Assembly: GCA_963849325.1 (NCBI GenBank)
Contig: CAWKHF010000004.1
Coordinates: 224,001-288,000 of the forward strand
DNA from: an uncultured Planctomycetota bacterium
Lineage (GTDB): Bacteria > Planctomycetota > Planctomycetia > Gemmatales > Gemmataceae
Length of the DNA stretch: 64,000 nt
Direction: 5' to 3'
Part shown: piece after piece, positions 28,235 through 39,875 of the stretch
Position numbering within the stretch: the stretch's first letter is position 1
How the letters are laid out: every line of letters begins with the position of its first letter
Made by a program: the position numbers and the translations under genes
Notes under the pieces: model-generated
The model's database searches: none
Seen by the model: the letters and a program-made list of their open reading frames with translations, nothing else
Told to the model about the DNA's origin: nothing

Positions 28235-29422
28235 TCAGAAGCGCAGGCTCAGTCCGACGTTGAGACCCTGGGCCGAGAAGTCGGTGCTATTCCAGTTGAA
28301 CGCCGGGCGAGCGGGACCGGCCACCGACGGATTAAAGGACACCGACGACGGCACCTCGGCGGGGTTGACGCCGCGGTCGATCAGGTTGCCGGGACGGGCC
28401 ACGTTGCTGACGTACAGGACAGTCCAGCCGGCGATTAGTCGAATCTGCGGCGTAATCTCGAAGCTCAGCCACATCTGCCCTTCGGGGATCACGGCCGGCA
28501 TGTCGCGCGAATAGCTGCCGCTGTTGCTGCTCAGGGCGAGCAGGCCGCCCGGCAGAGTGCGGTTCAAGTTGTTCGGGCCGGTCACGTTCGTGGAGCCGTT
28601 GATCGTGGCGAACTCGTTGATGCCGCCGACCGCCACCTTGCCGGTGGCGTTGAGGCAGAAGCGCCACCACACCAGGCCGAACTGAGCGCCGACCTGTCCG
28701 CCGTAGAACTGATTGTGCGTGCGAAACTGGTCCTGGATGGACAGCGTGCTGCCCGGCGGGATGGCCAGGCCGCCGAACGCGCTTCGGCCCAGCGGCAGTA
28801 CGGTGGTTGTCTGGGCGATGTCGAGTTCGTCATTGAGGCTGAGGTAACGGCCGCCGGCCAGCAGGTTGAAGTAATGAAGGACGTCGTCATCGCGGTTGCC
28901 GCGAACCGTGGGGAACATCAAGTTGGCGTCGGCGCCGAGCAGAGACGTCGTCGAGGCGAAATTGATGCTGCCGCGGAAGGCGCCGGGGGACGAGACGAAC
29001 AGCACGTCCTCCACGCCGGTGGCGGTGTCGAAGATCGGCCGGCCCAGTACCGGCGAGCCGGACGTGCCAGAGCCGAAGTCCCGAGTGGTGGCGTGCTGAG
29101 CGAGCTGGAAGTAACTGCCTTCGATGCCGAAAGTATTGGCGGTGTTGAGCCAGCCGCCGCCGACGCGGTAGCCGCTGGAAGGACCGCTGTTGAAGAGATT
29201 GTTGTCTCCACCGGCGAGGACTTGCGTGCCGGTACGACCGAGGGCCGGGCTGGCCGAGCCGGTGGTCAAGAGCGGTTGCGGCGTGGGAGAGGTGCTCAGC
29301 CACCACAACAGGTATTCGCCGTACAACCAGGTACGCATGCTGGTGTCCGGCTCGGCGTCGGCGCAGGCTGAGCCGGCCAGCGCCAGGACAGCCAGGATCG
29401 CAGCCAGAAAGCCTCGTTTCAT
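28235..29422 (-). CDS. BBP7-family outer-membrane beta-barrel protein
   Basis: Signal peptide, EYLLWW, DQFRTHNQFYGGQVG, VARPGNLID, C-terminal AQGLNVGLSLRF (BAM beta-signal). Confidence 0.85.
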   Translation of the reverse strand: MKRGFLAAILAVLALAGSACADAEPDTSMRTWLYGEYLLWWLSTSPTPQPLLTTGSASPALGRTGTQVLAGGDNNLFNSGPSSGYRVGGGWLNTANTFGIEGSYFQLAQHATTRDFGSGTSGSPVLGRPIFDTATGVEDVLFVSSPGAFRGSINFASTTSLLGADANLMFPTVRGNRDDDVLHYFNLLAGGRYLSLNDELDIAQTTTVLPLGRSAFGGLAIPPGSTLSIQDQFRTHNQFYGGQVGAQFGLVWWRFCLNATGKVAVGGINEFATINGSTNVTGPNNLNRTLPGGLLALSSNSGSYSRDMPAVIPEGQMWLSFEITPQIRLIAGWTVLYVSNVARPGNLIDRGVNPAEVPSSVSFNPSVAGPARPAFNWNSTDFSAQGLNVGLSLRF

Positions 29423-29597
29423 TACCCAACTCCCTCGTGCCGGCGTTCGCCGCCTGTTGCCTGGACTGCTTGCGGCCTACCCTCCATAAAGCCATCGGAA
29501 TCCCCAGACGCGGAAGTACAGGGAAAAGCAGCGAAACACGCCCTCTCCCGGCTTCCCTCACAACCCGCACTCTCGCCGCAAACCGCCCTCCTTGACG

Positions 29598-29712
29598 AAA
29601 AGGATCTCGCGCAAAGGCGCAAAGGACGCAAAGCAAGACAAAGAAGGAAATCAGGTTCGATTCTTCTTGTTTTTTCCTTTGCGTTCTTTGCGCCTTTGCG
29701 TGAGATCCTTTT
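29598..29712. repeat. tandem-repeat-armed inverted repeat (CGCAAAG units)
   Basis: AAAAGGATCTCGCGCAAAGGCGCAAAGGACGCAAAG...CTTTGCGTTCTTTGCGCCTTTGCGTGAGATCCTTTT. Confidence 0.85.
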
Positions 29713-29747
29713 TGTGAGAGCTTCTTTATCTCCGTGGATACTGCTGT

Positions 29748-32700
29748 CTATTCCTGGCCTTCCTCGTGGCCGTGTCCGTGACCGCGATGCTTCTTTCGAC
29801 CATGCCCCTGACCGGGAGGATGGCCTTGATCGTGACGGGGTTCATTTCCGTGGTCGTGTTCCTCGTCGTGAGGGGGACCATGATCGGGACCGTGCTCCGG
29901 GCCTCGGTGGTGCCCACGGCCGGGACGGCGACGACGGCGACGATGGCCCTCGCCAGGGCCGTGCTCCTCCTCGGCGGGACCACGACCGGGGCCGGCATCG
30001 TCCCCGCCGTCGTCGCCGTGCTCCTCGCCGTCCTCTTCCTCGTCCTCCTTCTCTTCACGCACGGCGAGCGAGTAGAGGGCCGGCGTGACCACGAGGGTGC
30101 TGAACAAACTGGACAGCAGACCGCCGATGACGGCACGGCCGAGCGGGGCGTTGGCCTCGCTGCCTTTCTCCAAGCGCCAACGACATCGGAATCAGGGCCA
30201 GGATCGCCGCCGCCGTCGTCATGACCACGGGACGCACGCGGACCTTGGCCGCCGCGACAATCGCCTCGGTCGGATTCAGCTTCTCCTCACGCTGCTTGCT
30301 TCTCGGCGAAGTCGGTCAGCAGCACCTTGTGCGACACGATGATGCCGACCACGAAGATCACGCCCAAGAGCGATTGCACGTTGATCGCCGTGCCCGTCAG
30401 AAACAGCATGGGGATGATGCCGAGCAGGCCCAGCGGCACCGCATACATGATCAAGCAGCGGCACGATGTACGAATCCAGCAGCGCCACCATGAGGAAGTA
30501 GACGAAGACGACGGCCAGGGTCAGACCGATGCCGAACTGGGTGAAAGTGTTCGTCATGTGTCCGTATTCGCCGCTGAGCTTCATCTTGGTGCCCGCCATC
30601 AGCTTCTGATGGCTGGGGTCTTCCGGGTCGAAGGGCAGCCAGATGGCCCCAGTCTGCTCTTGCTGGCCGATCGAAGACCCGAACGATTTCTTTTGTGGCC
30701 TGCCGAACTGGTTGAGGAGACGTTCGATGTCGTCGGCGACGTGGCCGAGGTCGCGGCCATGAACGTTCATCTCCAGGTCGATGGCCGATTGCAGATTGTC
30801 GTGCGTGACCTCGGCGGCGATGCTGGCCGCCTTGAGCGTTACGAAATTGCTCAGCGGCACCGCCTGATTTTGCACCGGACTGGTGATCGAGACATTGAGT
30901 ACCGTCTCCAGCGACTTGATGTCGTCCTCGGGGTACTGCACGCCGACGAAGTATTGGTTCTGGCTCTTGGGATCGATCCAGAAGTTCTTCTTGTTGAACT
31001 GGATGCTGGAGTTGAGGGCCGAGATGACGTTCTTCATGACCCCTTCCTGCGTCAAGCCCACGGTGCGGGCCTTGGCCCGGTCCACCTCGATGACGTACTC
31101 GGGATAGTCCAGGCGCTGCAGGATGCGGGCATCGACCACGCCGTCGATCTTCTTGACCTCGCGGAGAATTCGCTCGGCCAGTTTGCGCGATTGCCGCGCG
31201 TGCTTGCCCTCGATGCGGAGGTTGATCGGCGTCGGCCGTCCTTCGTTGAGGGCATGCGGATGGTGCCGCCGGTGTTGAAGGCGAACTCCAGGTCGGAGAA
31301 CTCCTTGGCCCGGGCGAACTTCGTTCGCAGCGCCTGGCGTAAAACTGGGCGGTGTTGCTCGCGTTTCTCCTTGAGTTGGATGCGCACGATCGTGTCCATC
31401 GGGCCGGAGTTGGGTGTATAGGCCGCCGACCAGTCGGCCCAGACGCCCAGCTCGCTGATGACCAGGTCCAGGTCGTCGCCGAGGGTCTCCTTGACGACTT
31501 TCTCGACTCTTGGCGATCCGCTCCTCGGTTCGCTCGATGCGGGTGCCGCTGGAGGCGCGGACGAACATCTCAAAGGCGCCGGCATCGACCTCGGGGAAGA
31601 ACTCACGGCCCATGAACGGCCCGACGCCGACGACCAACAGGATCAGCAGCACCAGCGGCGCCAGCACGACCAGCCAGCGATGGTTCATCGCCCAGTCGAG
31701 TCGGCGGCCATACCAGGCCGATGCCGGCGTCAATCCACCCTTCCCAGCGCGCGTAGCGCGCGGGCAATCCATCCCTTGGGCCGCTCCGGCGGCGTCTCGG
31801 CGTCCCGTTGCGGACTCGCCTGTCCGCGCCGGGCGCCTCGCGCTGGACGTGTTCGCTGCGGCCCTCTTCTTCCCTCGCCTCTCGCCTCTCGCCTCTGGCC
31901 CCTCGGTGGGCTTGACGGTGCGGTTTCAGCCAGGTGGCGCAGCGCGAGGGGATGAACGAGCGGGACAGGACGTAGGCGATGGCCATGGCGAAGGCGACGG
32001 TCAGGGCCATCGGCTTGAAGAGGAACTGCCCGGAACTGGGCATCAGGGCCAGCGGCGCCAGCACCAGCAGCGTGCAGGCGCTGGCCGTCAGCTCCGGCAT
32101 GGCCACCTCGCTGGCGCCCAACTTGGCCGCCTCGCGAACCGAGTCGCCCTGGGACAGGTGCCGTTCGGTGTTTTCCAGGCAGATGATGGCGATGTCCACC
32201 ATCGGGCCGATGGCCAGGGCCAGGCCGCCCAGCGTCATGACGTTGATGGTTTGATTCAGTGCATACAGCAAGGCGATGGCCGCCAGCACCGTGATGGGGA
32301 TGGTCAGCACCGCCATGAAGGTCATGCGCCACTGGCCCAGGAAGAGCAGGATCATCAGCGAGCACAGCACGCGCCCCAGGACGCCCTCGATGGCCAGGCT
32401 CTTGATGGATTGGCGCACGTAGACGGACTGGTCCATGACCATCTTGAGCTGGATGTCCGGCCGCCGATGCGCTGCTTGCCAATCCGGCAGCGACTCTTGC
32501 AGGTGATCGACGACCTTGAGGGTGCTGGCCCCGTGCTGGCGGTAGACCGGGATGTAAACCTCGCGCTTGCCGTTGATGCGGACCACGTTGGTCTGGATGA
32601 AATGGCTGTCCTGGGGGTCGGCCACGTCGCCCAGGAAGTCCACCTTGCCCGGCTGGACGCGCAGCGGGATGTCCTTCATGCGCTCCACCGCCTGGAACAT

Positions 32701-33403
32701 GGCGTTGGAGTCGATGGCGTAGTCGCTGTCGCCGAACTTGGCGTCGCCGGTGGGCAGGAAGACGTTGTAGCGATCGAGGGCGTCCATGACGTCGATCGGC
32801 GACAGTCCGCGGGCTTGCAGCTTGACGGGATCGAGGTAGGCCAGCACGCAGCGGACCTTGCCGCCGAAGACGACCATGGCGTTGGCCCCCGGCGAACTCA
32901 TAATCATGTTGCGCACCTCGTAGCGAGCCACGTCGTACAGTTGCGATTCGCCTTGCGGTATCGCTATCCACGGCGACGATGCAGGCCGGCACCGTGTCGG
33001 TCGGGTCGTAGGGCAGGACGATGGGCGGCAGGGTGCCGGGCGGCAGGTTGGGGATCTCGGCCAGGGCCAGCGAATTGACCTGCGTCAAGGCGCCGTTGGG
33101 GTCGGTGTCGCCGCGGAAATAGTTGCGGACGATGCTGACGCCGAGGATGGAGCGCGACTCCTGGCGCCTCATGCCGGCGGCGGTGCCCGTCCAGCGTTCC
33201 ATGCGGTTGGTGATGGCGTGGGCCATGTTTTCGGCCGGCATGCCGGAGTAGAACGTCAACACCTGCACGCCCGGCTGGTTGTAGACAGGCAAGATGTCGA
33301 TGGGGACCAGCGTCAAGCAAAGCAGGCCGATCAGGACGAGGGCGAGCATGGCCACGGTGACGGCCCTGCGGTTATTCAACGCCAACTCGATCAACCACGT
33401 CAT
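29748..33403 (-). CDS. RND efflux permease (AcrB/CzcA-like) with His/acid-rich C-terminal tail; several frameshifts
   Basis: [49 protein letters not shown]. Confidence 0.9.
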
Positions 33404-33497
33404 GAGAGTGCTTCTCCTCCGCGGCGAGCGGGTTCGCGTTAGCGCTCCGAGGGCTGTCTCTCGGAGCACTCGCGCAACTCCGCTCCTCGTCGTGCTG

Positions 33498-35010
33498 CTA
33501 TTTGCTCTTGTTCTTCTTCTGGCCGGACTTGTCGTTGTCCGAGGCCGGGCCATTCTCCTTGTTGTCCGACGTTTTCGCTTTCTCTTCCTTGTCGGCGTCG
33601 GTGGAGGGTTCGTGCAGCACCTCGACGCGCATGCCGTCGCCCAGCCCCGAAGGTCGTTCCGACACGACCTGGTCCGATTTCTCCAGCCCCTTGCGAATGG
33701 TGGCCTCGATGCCGTCGTCGATGCCGGTCTCGACCTTGACTTCGTGGGCCCGTCCGTCGCGCACCACGTAGACGGAGCGGTCTTCGCCCTTGCCGCTGCC
33801 GAACAGGCACTTGGAGGGAATGCGCAGCCCTTTCTCGCGCCCCAGGTGGATGGTGAGGTCGCCGTACATGCCGTCCTCGAGCAGACCGTCGGGGTTGTCC
33901 AGGTCCACCTCGGTTCGCATGGTGCGCGTGTCATAGGCTTCCGAGTACGCCATGCGGGCGACGGTCCCTTTGAAGTGCTGGCTCTCATCGGGCAAGGTGG
34001 CGACGGTGAGAGTGACGGGATTTCCCACTTGGAGGTACGGCACGGCACGATCGGGCACCTGGACGATGATGCGCATCTTGTCGATGCGAGCGACGGCCAG
34101 CAGCGGCCTTGCTGCCCGGACGGGCGAAATCCTGGATGGGATCGCCGTCGTGGTAGTTTCGCTTGGTGACCACGCCGTCATAGGGCGAGACGATCTGCGT
34201 GTACTTGGCCCAGACTTCGGCCTGGTCCAGTTGGGCCTTGGCCACGCTCACGGCCGCTTCGGCATCGAGCACATCCGCGTTGGCCTGCGCGATGCCGGCC
34301 TTGGCCGATACGACCTCGGATTGGGCCGTGTTGACCGCCTTCTCGGCGGCGGTCTCCGCGGCCTGGGACGCCAGCAGCGCCTCCAGCTTTTCATCGAGCA
34401 GTTCTTGTTGGATGGACTTGGCCGCGACCAGTCCTTTGAAGCGTTCGTATTGCTTGTTGCGCAGCGACACCACGGCCTTGGCCTTTTTGACGTCGGACTT
34501 CGATTGCTCGTAGCGCGACTGGGCCGCTTCCTCGTCCGCTTGCGCCTTATTGACGCGGGCCTGCGCCGCCGTGACGTTGGCTCGCGCTTTCTTCAGATCG
34601 GCGCCGGCTTTTTCCACGGCCTTGAACAACTCGGGGGCGTACACTTCCGCCAGCACCTCTCCCTTTTTGGCCTTGTAGCCGATGTCCACCGGCGGCTGTC
34701 CTTCGCGATGGTCCTGGTTCTTGAGAAAACCCGTCACCTTCGAGGCCAGGTCGGCGAACTCAAACGACTGCACCGTCGCCGGCCGCCGCACCAGCCGCTC
34801 GACGCCGCCCTCCTTGGGATAAATGACCTTGACGCGCACCGGGGCCGCCTCGTGTTGCTTGCCGCCGCCGGAGCCATCTCCCTGTGCGGCCTCCTGCTTG
34901 CTCCGCCCGTGGAAATCGACGAAGTTTACCAGACCCGCCGCGAGGAGGATGGCGATTACCGCGCCCAAGCTGAACCAGGTGGTCTTCGGGTGTCGTTTGA
35001 ACCAACTCAT
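33498..35010 (-). CDS. RND periplasmic adaptor (MFP); frameshift near 34110
   Basis: N-terminal TM, SKVTGF, helical hairpin, IVSPYDGVV, TRTMRTEVDLDNPDG. Confidence 0.9.
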
Positions 35011-35410
35011 GACTATATCCTCGTCTCCATCCAAGGCCGACCTCGGTGCCGGTCGCCATGGGCTTCAACGTGCTCCTGCGAATAGGGCGGTCGGGAGGAG
35101 AAAGGGGATGCGTGGTTGGTGCAGAAAGCTGCCTATTTCCAGGCGTTGGACTGCACACGGCCGGCATCGGAAAGATGGGTATCCACACCCCTTTGCCGCG
35201 ACGACCGCGATCCGCGGACACGTCTTCGGCAAGAACATGTGCAAATTGGATACCTATTATTGAGTTGTCTCGATGCGCCATCGCCAGACGGTGTGGAGAG
35301 GGGAGGCGCTGTCTCCTTTTCGTCGTTGCATCCACGTCCGGTTCGATTATCTTACGAGCCGGCCTCTGGTTGGCGTGAAGAACCGAGACTCAGGGGGAGA
35401 AGCATCCGTC

Positions 35411-37395
35411 ATGGTCCTCGCGGCCCGCACCGAACACAGTCCTGAGCTTCTGTCGCGTCTGTATCGCCAGATGCAGATCATTCGCCAGTGTGAGGAACAG
35501 TTGGCCCGGTCGCACCAGCGCGGCCTGGTCCACGGCGCCTGCCACACTTACGTCGGCCAGGAGGCCATCGCCGTCGGCGTCTGCGCTCACCTGCGTCCGG
35601 ATGACGCGGTCTTCAGCACCCACCGCGGCCACGGCCACGCCCTGGCCAAGGGACTGCCGCCGCGTCAGCTGATGGCCGAACTGTACGGCCGAGAGACGGG
35701 CTGCTCGCGCGGCCGGGGCGGCAGCATGCACCTGTTCGCTCCCGAAATCGGCCTGATGGGCACCAGCGGCATCGTCGGTCCTTGCATCCTCCAGGCCGCC
35801 GGCGCCGGCTACAGTTTCATGCTCCTCAAGACCGACCGCGTGGCCGTGGCCTTCTTCGGCGACGGCGCGGTCAACAACGGTGCCTTTCACGAGGGGCTGA
35901 ACCTGGCCGGCATCTGGAAGCTGCCGGTGCTGTTCGTCTGCGAGAACAACCAGTTCGCCACCGAGGTGCCGTTCGCCTATTCGGCCGGCAATCCCAGCGT
36001 CGCCTCGCGCGCCGCCTCCTACGGCCTGCCCGGTCACGAGGTAGACGGCAACGACGTCGAGGCGATTTACGAGGTCGCCGGCGAGGCGGTACGCCGCGCT
36101 CGTTCGGGCGGCGGCGCGACGCTGATCGAGTGCAAGACGTATCGCACCCGGCCGCACGCCGAGGGCATGGGCGACTTCACCTATCGCACGCGCGAGGAGG
36201 TCGAGGAGTGGAAGACGCGCTGTCCCCTCCGCCGTCTCCGCGAGGGAGGACCGGCCCTCGGCGGCCCTCGATACCATCGATGCCGAGGTAGCCCGGCTGA
36301 TCGCCGAGGCGCACGAGTTCGCCGAGAAAAGTGCCTGGCCCGACCCGCAAACCGCCGCCGCCCATGTTTACGACGAGTCGTCGATCCGCAAACCTTCCGA
36401 ACCTCCTCCATCCGCTGGCCGCGAAATCACCTGGATGAAGGCCACGCACGAAGCGCTCGCCAAGGAGATGGCCCGCAACCCGGCGATCTTCGTGCTCGGC
36501 GAGGGCATCGGCCAGCGCGGCGGCAACTTCCAGACAACCGAGGGACTGTACGCCCTGTACGGGCCGGAGCGGCTACGCGACACGCCCATCTGCGAGCGTG
36601 GCTTCGTCGGTCTGGCCTGCGGTGCCGCCATGACCGGCACGCGGCCGGTGGTCGATTTCATGTTCGCCGACTTCCTCCTCGATGCGGTCGGCGAAGTCCT
36701 CAACCAGATCGCCAAGATGCAGCTACATGTCGAGCGGTCGCATCGCCATGCCGATCCTGCTGCGCGGCTGCATCGGCATCGGCCACTCGGCGGCGACGCA
36801 TCATTCGGGTAATTACTATCCTTTATACGCCCATTTTCCCGGCCTTCGCGTCGTCGTGCCCTCGACGCCCGCCGACGCCAAGGGACTATTGACACGGGCA
36901 TTGCGCTGCGATGACCCGGTGCTGTTCCTGGAGCACCGCGAACTGCTGGCGACAAAAGGGCCGGTGCCGGAAGGCGATTACGAGATCGACTTCGGCCAGG
37001 CAGCCGTCGTCCGCGAGGGGCGGGATGCGACGGTGGTGGCACTGGCGCTAATGGTGCGGCGGACGCTGGAGGCATGTGAGCGGTTGGCGGCGCGGGGCGT
37101 CTCGGTGGAGGTCATCGACCCGCGAACGGTGTCGCCGCTGGACGCCGAGACGATCCTGCGTTCGGTGCGGAAGACCGGCCGGCTGCTGATCGTGGACGAG
37201 GCGTTCGCGCCGTTCGGCCTGGGGGCGGAGGTGGCGGCCCGCGTCATCGACGCCGGCTTCGACGACCTGGACGCGCCGATCCGCCGCCTGCACGGCGCGT
37301 TCACGCCCACGCCGTACAGTCCGACGCTGGAAAAAGCCGTGGTGCCGCAGGTCGAGGACATCGAGCAAGCTCTCGTCGATCTGCTGGCGGAGTGA
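35411..37395 (+). CDS. fused E1 alpha/beta 2-oxoacid or acetoin dehydrogenase; frameshifts near 36260 and 36722
   Basis: GQEA, STHRGHGH, GRGGSMH, GDGA...ENN, then DTPICE and EVIDPRTVSPLD; a linker without a stop joins the two halves. Confidence 0.88.
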
Positions 37396-37413
37396 ATCAT
37401 CGGGAGATTTCTC

Positions 37414-38503
37414 GTGGCAACAACGGTCATTGTGCCCCGATTGGGCTGGTCGATGGAGGAAGGCACGTTCGCCGGTTGGCTGAAGCACGACGGTGACCGC
37501 ATCCATCCGGGCGACGCCCTCTTCGTGCTGGAGAGCGACAAATCCGCCGAGGAGGTCGAATCGCTGGACGCCGGCATCCTGCGTATCGGATCGGACGCGC
37601 CGCAGCCGGGCGACAAGGTGAAGGTCGGTCAGGTGCTGGCCCATCTGATCGCGGAGGGCAAGACCCTCGCGCCGGAGAAGCGACGCGAACGAGCCATCTC
37701 GCCGCGCGCTCGCCGTGTCGCCCGAGAACTGGGCATCGACAGTGGCACGCTGACGGGGAGCGGTCGCCACGGCCGTATCCGCGAGCGCGACGTTCCGCGC
37801 GGCGGCGATCCCTGCCCGATCCGGCGGCAAGCTGGTCCCGCACACGGCTATCCGCCGCACCATTGCCGCTCGCATGGTTGCCGGCGTCACGCAGGCGGCG
37901 CCCGTCACGCTGACCACCAAGCTGGACGCGACGAACCTGGTCGAGCTGCGCAAGCAGTTCAAGGCAGCCGGCGACTTCGTGCCGAGCTATACGGACCTCC
38001 TCGTGAAGCTGACCGCCATCGCTCTGCGTCAGCATCCGATGATGCAAGCGCAGTGGCGCGACGACGGCTTATTCGTGCCGGAGTGCATCGACATTGCGCT
38101 GGCCGTCGATACCGAGGCGGGCCTGCTCGTCCCGGTGCTGCGCGGCGCGGATCGGCTGACGCTGCGCGAAGTGACGGCCCAATCCCGCGAGCTGCTCGAA
38201 CAAGCCCGCGCCGGACGGCTGGCAGCGGAGCAGATGCGCGATGCCACCTTCACCATCACGAACCTCGGCGGCTTTGGCATCGATGCGTTCACGCCGATTC
38301 TGCATTTGCCGCAGTGCGCCGTGCTCGGCGTTGGCCGCATTGTCCGTGAGCCGGCCGTACACGGTGATCGTGTCGTGCCGCGCGATATGCTGACGCTTAG
38401 TCTGACGTTCGATCACCGCGTCGTCGATGGGGCGCCGGCGGCGCGGTTCCTCCAGACGTTGCGGGGCTGTCTCGAAAACCTCGGGCCCTGGCTCATCTCC
38501 TGA
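37414..38503 (+). CDS. dihydrolipoamide acyltransferase E2; frameshift near 37795
   Basis: Lipoyl ESDKS, PSBD ISPRARRVA...GSGRHGRI, TFTITNLG, DHRVVDG. Confidence 0.92.
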
Positions 38504-38552
38504 AGCACAAAGGCTCCCCGGCTCGCCGGTGACTCCCGCAGGAGGATGGCAG

Positions 38553-39875
38553 ATGGACGAAGCCTGGAAAAAGGCGGTCCTGCGCAAGGTGGGCCGGCGG
38601 CTGATTCCCTTCCTGTTTCTGCTTTACGTCGTCAACATCCTCGACCGCATCAACGTCAGCTTCGCCCGCTTGCAGATGCTGGAAGACCTGGGCATGAGCG
38701 AGGAGGTCTACGCCTTCGGCTACGGCTTGTTCTACATCGGCTATCTGCTCTTTGAGGTGCCGAGCAACCTTATCTTGAGCCGCACCGGCGCTCGTCGCTG
38801 GATCGCCCGCATCATGTTCAGCTGGGGCCTGATTACCAGCTCGATGATGCTGGTCGAGGGTCCGTGGAGCTTCTACCTGCTCCGCGTCTTGCTGGGCTTT
38901 GCCGAGGCCGGCTTCTTCCCTGGCATTATCCTGTACTTGACTTACTGGTTCCCGGCACGGCAGCGCGCCCGCGTGGTCGCCCTCTTCATGGCGGGGTCGC
39001 CGCTCACCGGCGTCATCGGCAACCCGATCTCCGGGGCGATCCTGCAAGAGATGGATTCGCTCGGCGGCCTGCGCGGCTGGCAGTGGGTCTTTCTGCTCGA
39101 AGGCATTCCGGCGGTGCTCTTGGGCGTCGTCGTCCTCTTCTACCTGACTGATCGTCCCCACGAGGCCCGCTGGCTGGAATCGGCGGAGCGCGACTGGCTC
39201 GCTGAGCAAGTCGGCGAGGCCGGCGAACATCACTTCCAGCGGCCCGGTTGGGCCATGCGGAACGTCCTGGCGGATGGCCGGGTTTGGCTGCTGATCGGAC
39301 TGTATTTCATGGTCGCGGCCGGCAGCAACGCCTTCGGCTCCTATCTGCCCAAGCTCACGGCCGATCGCTTCCCCCAGCTCGACAAGGTCCACCTCGGCCT
39401 GTTGTGCGCTCTCCCCAATCTCTGCGCCGTCGCCTGCATGATTGTCAACGGCGCTCACTCGGATCGCAGCGGCGAACGGCGCTGGCACGTCGCCGCGCCG
39501 GCGTTTCTGTCCGCCGCCGGCTGGGGTCTGACCGCCCTGACCTTCACTCCCTGGCTCGATTCGCCGGTCGTCACGCTCGTCGCCCTGGCCCTGGTGCAGT
39601 CGGGCATCATGAGCATGTTGCCGACGTTCTGGTCGCTGCCGACGGCGTTTCTGCGCGGCATCGCCGCCGCCGCCGGCATCGCCCTGATTAACTCCGTGGG
39701 CAACCTGGGAGGTTTCGTCGGACCCAACCTCATCGGCCAACTCAAGGGCCAGACCGGCAGCTTCATACCTGGCCTACTGGCCCTGGCCGGCGTCATGGTC
39801 CTGGGCGGCATCCTGGCCCTGTGCGTCCGCCACGACCGGGCGGCGGAAGACAAGAAAGGCGAACGGCCGGTCTAA
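38553..39875 (+). CDS. MFS transporter, ACS (tartrate/organic acid) family
   Basis: RLIPFL, LDRINVSFA, FEVPSNL, GARRWIARIM, AEAGFFPG. Confidence 0.9.
   Translation: MDEAWKKAVLRKVGRRLIPFLFLLYVVNILDRINVSFARLQMLEDLGMSEEVYAFGYGLFYIGYLLFEVPSNLILSRTGARRWIARIMFSWGLITSSMMLVEGPWSFYLLRVLLGFAEAGFFPGIILYLTYWFPARQRARVVALFMAGSPLTGVIGNPISGAILQEMDSLGGLRGWQWVFLLEGIPAVLLGVVVLFYLTDRPHEARWLESAERDWLAEQVGEAGEHHFQRPGWAMRNVLADGRVWLLIGLYFMVAAGSNAFGSYLPKLTADRFPQLDKVHLGLLCALPNLCAVACMIVNGAHSDRSGERRWHVAAPAFLSAAGWGLTALTFTPWLDSPVVTLVALALVQSGIMSMLPTFWSLPTAFLRGIAAAAGIALINSVGNLGGFVGPNLIGQLKGQTGSFIPGLLALAGVMVLGGILALCVRHDRAAEDKKGERPV

Noticed and set aside
29766..30224. Hydrophobic + strand ORF that looks like a membrane protein
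   Set aside because: It is the antisense shadow of the His/Glu/Asp-rich RND tail.
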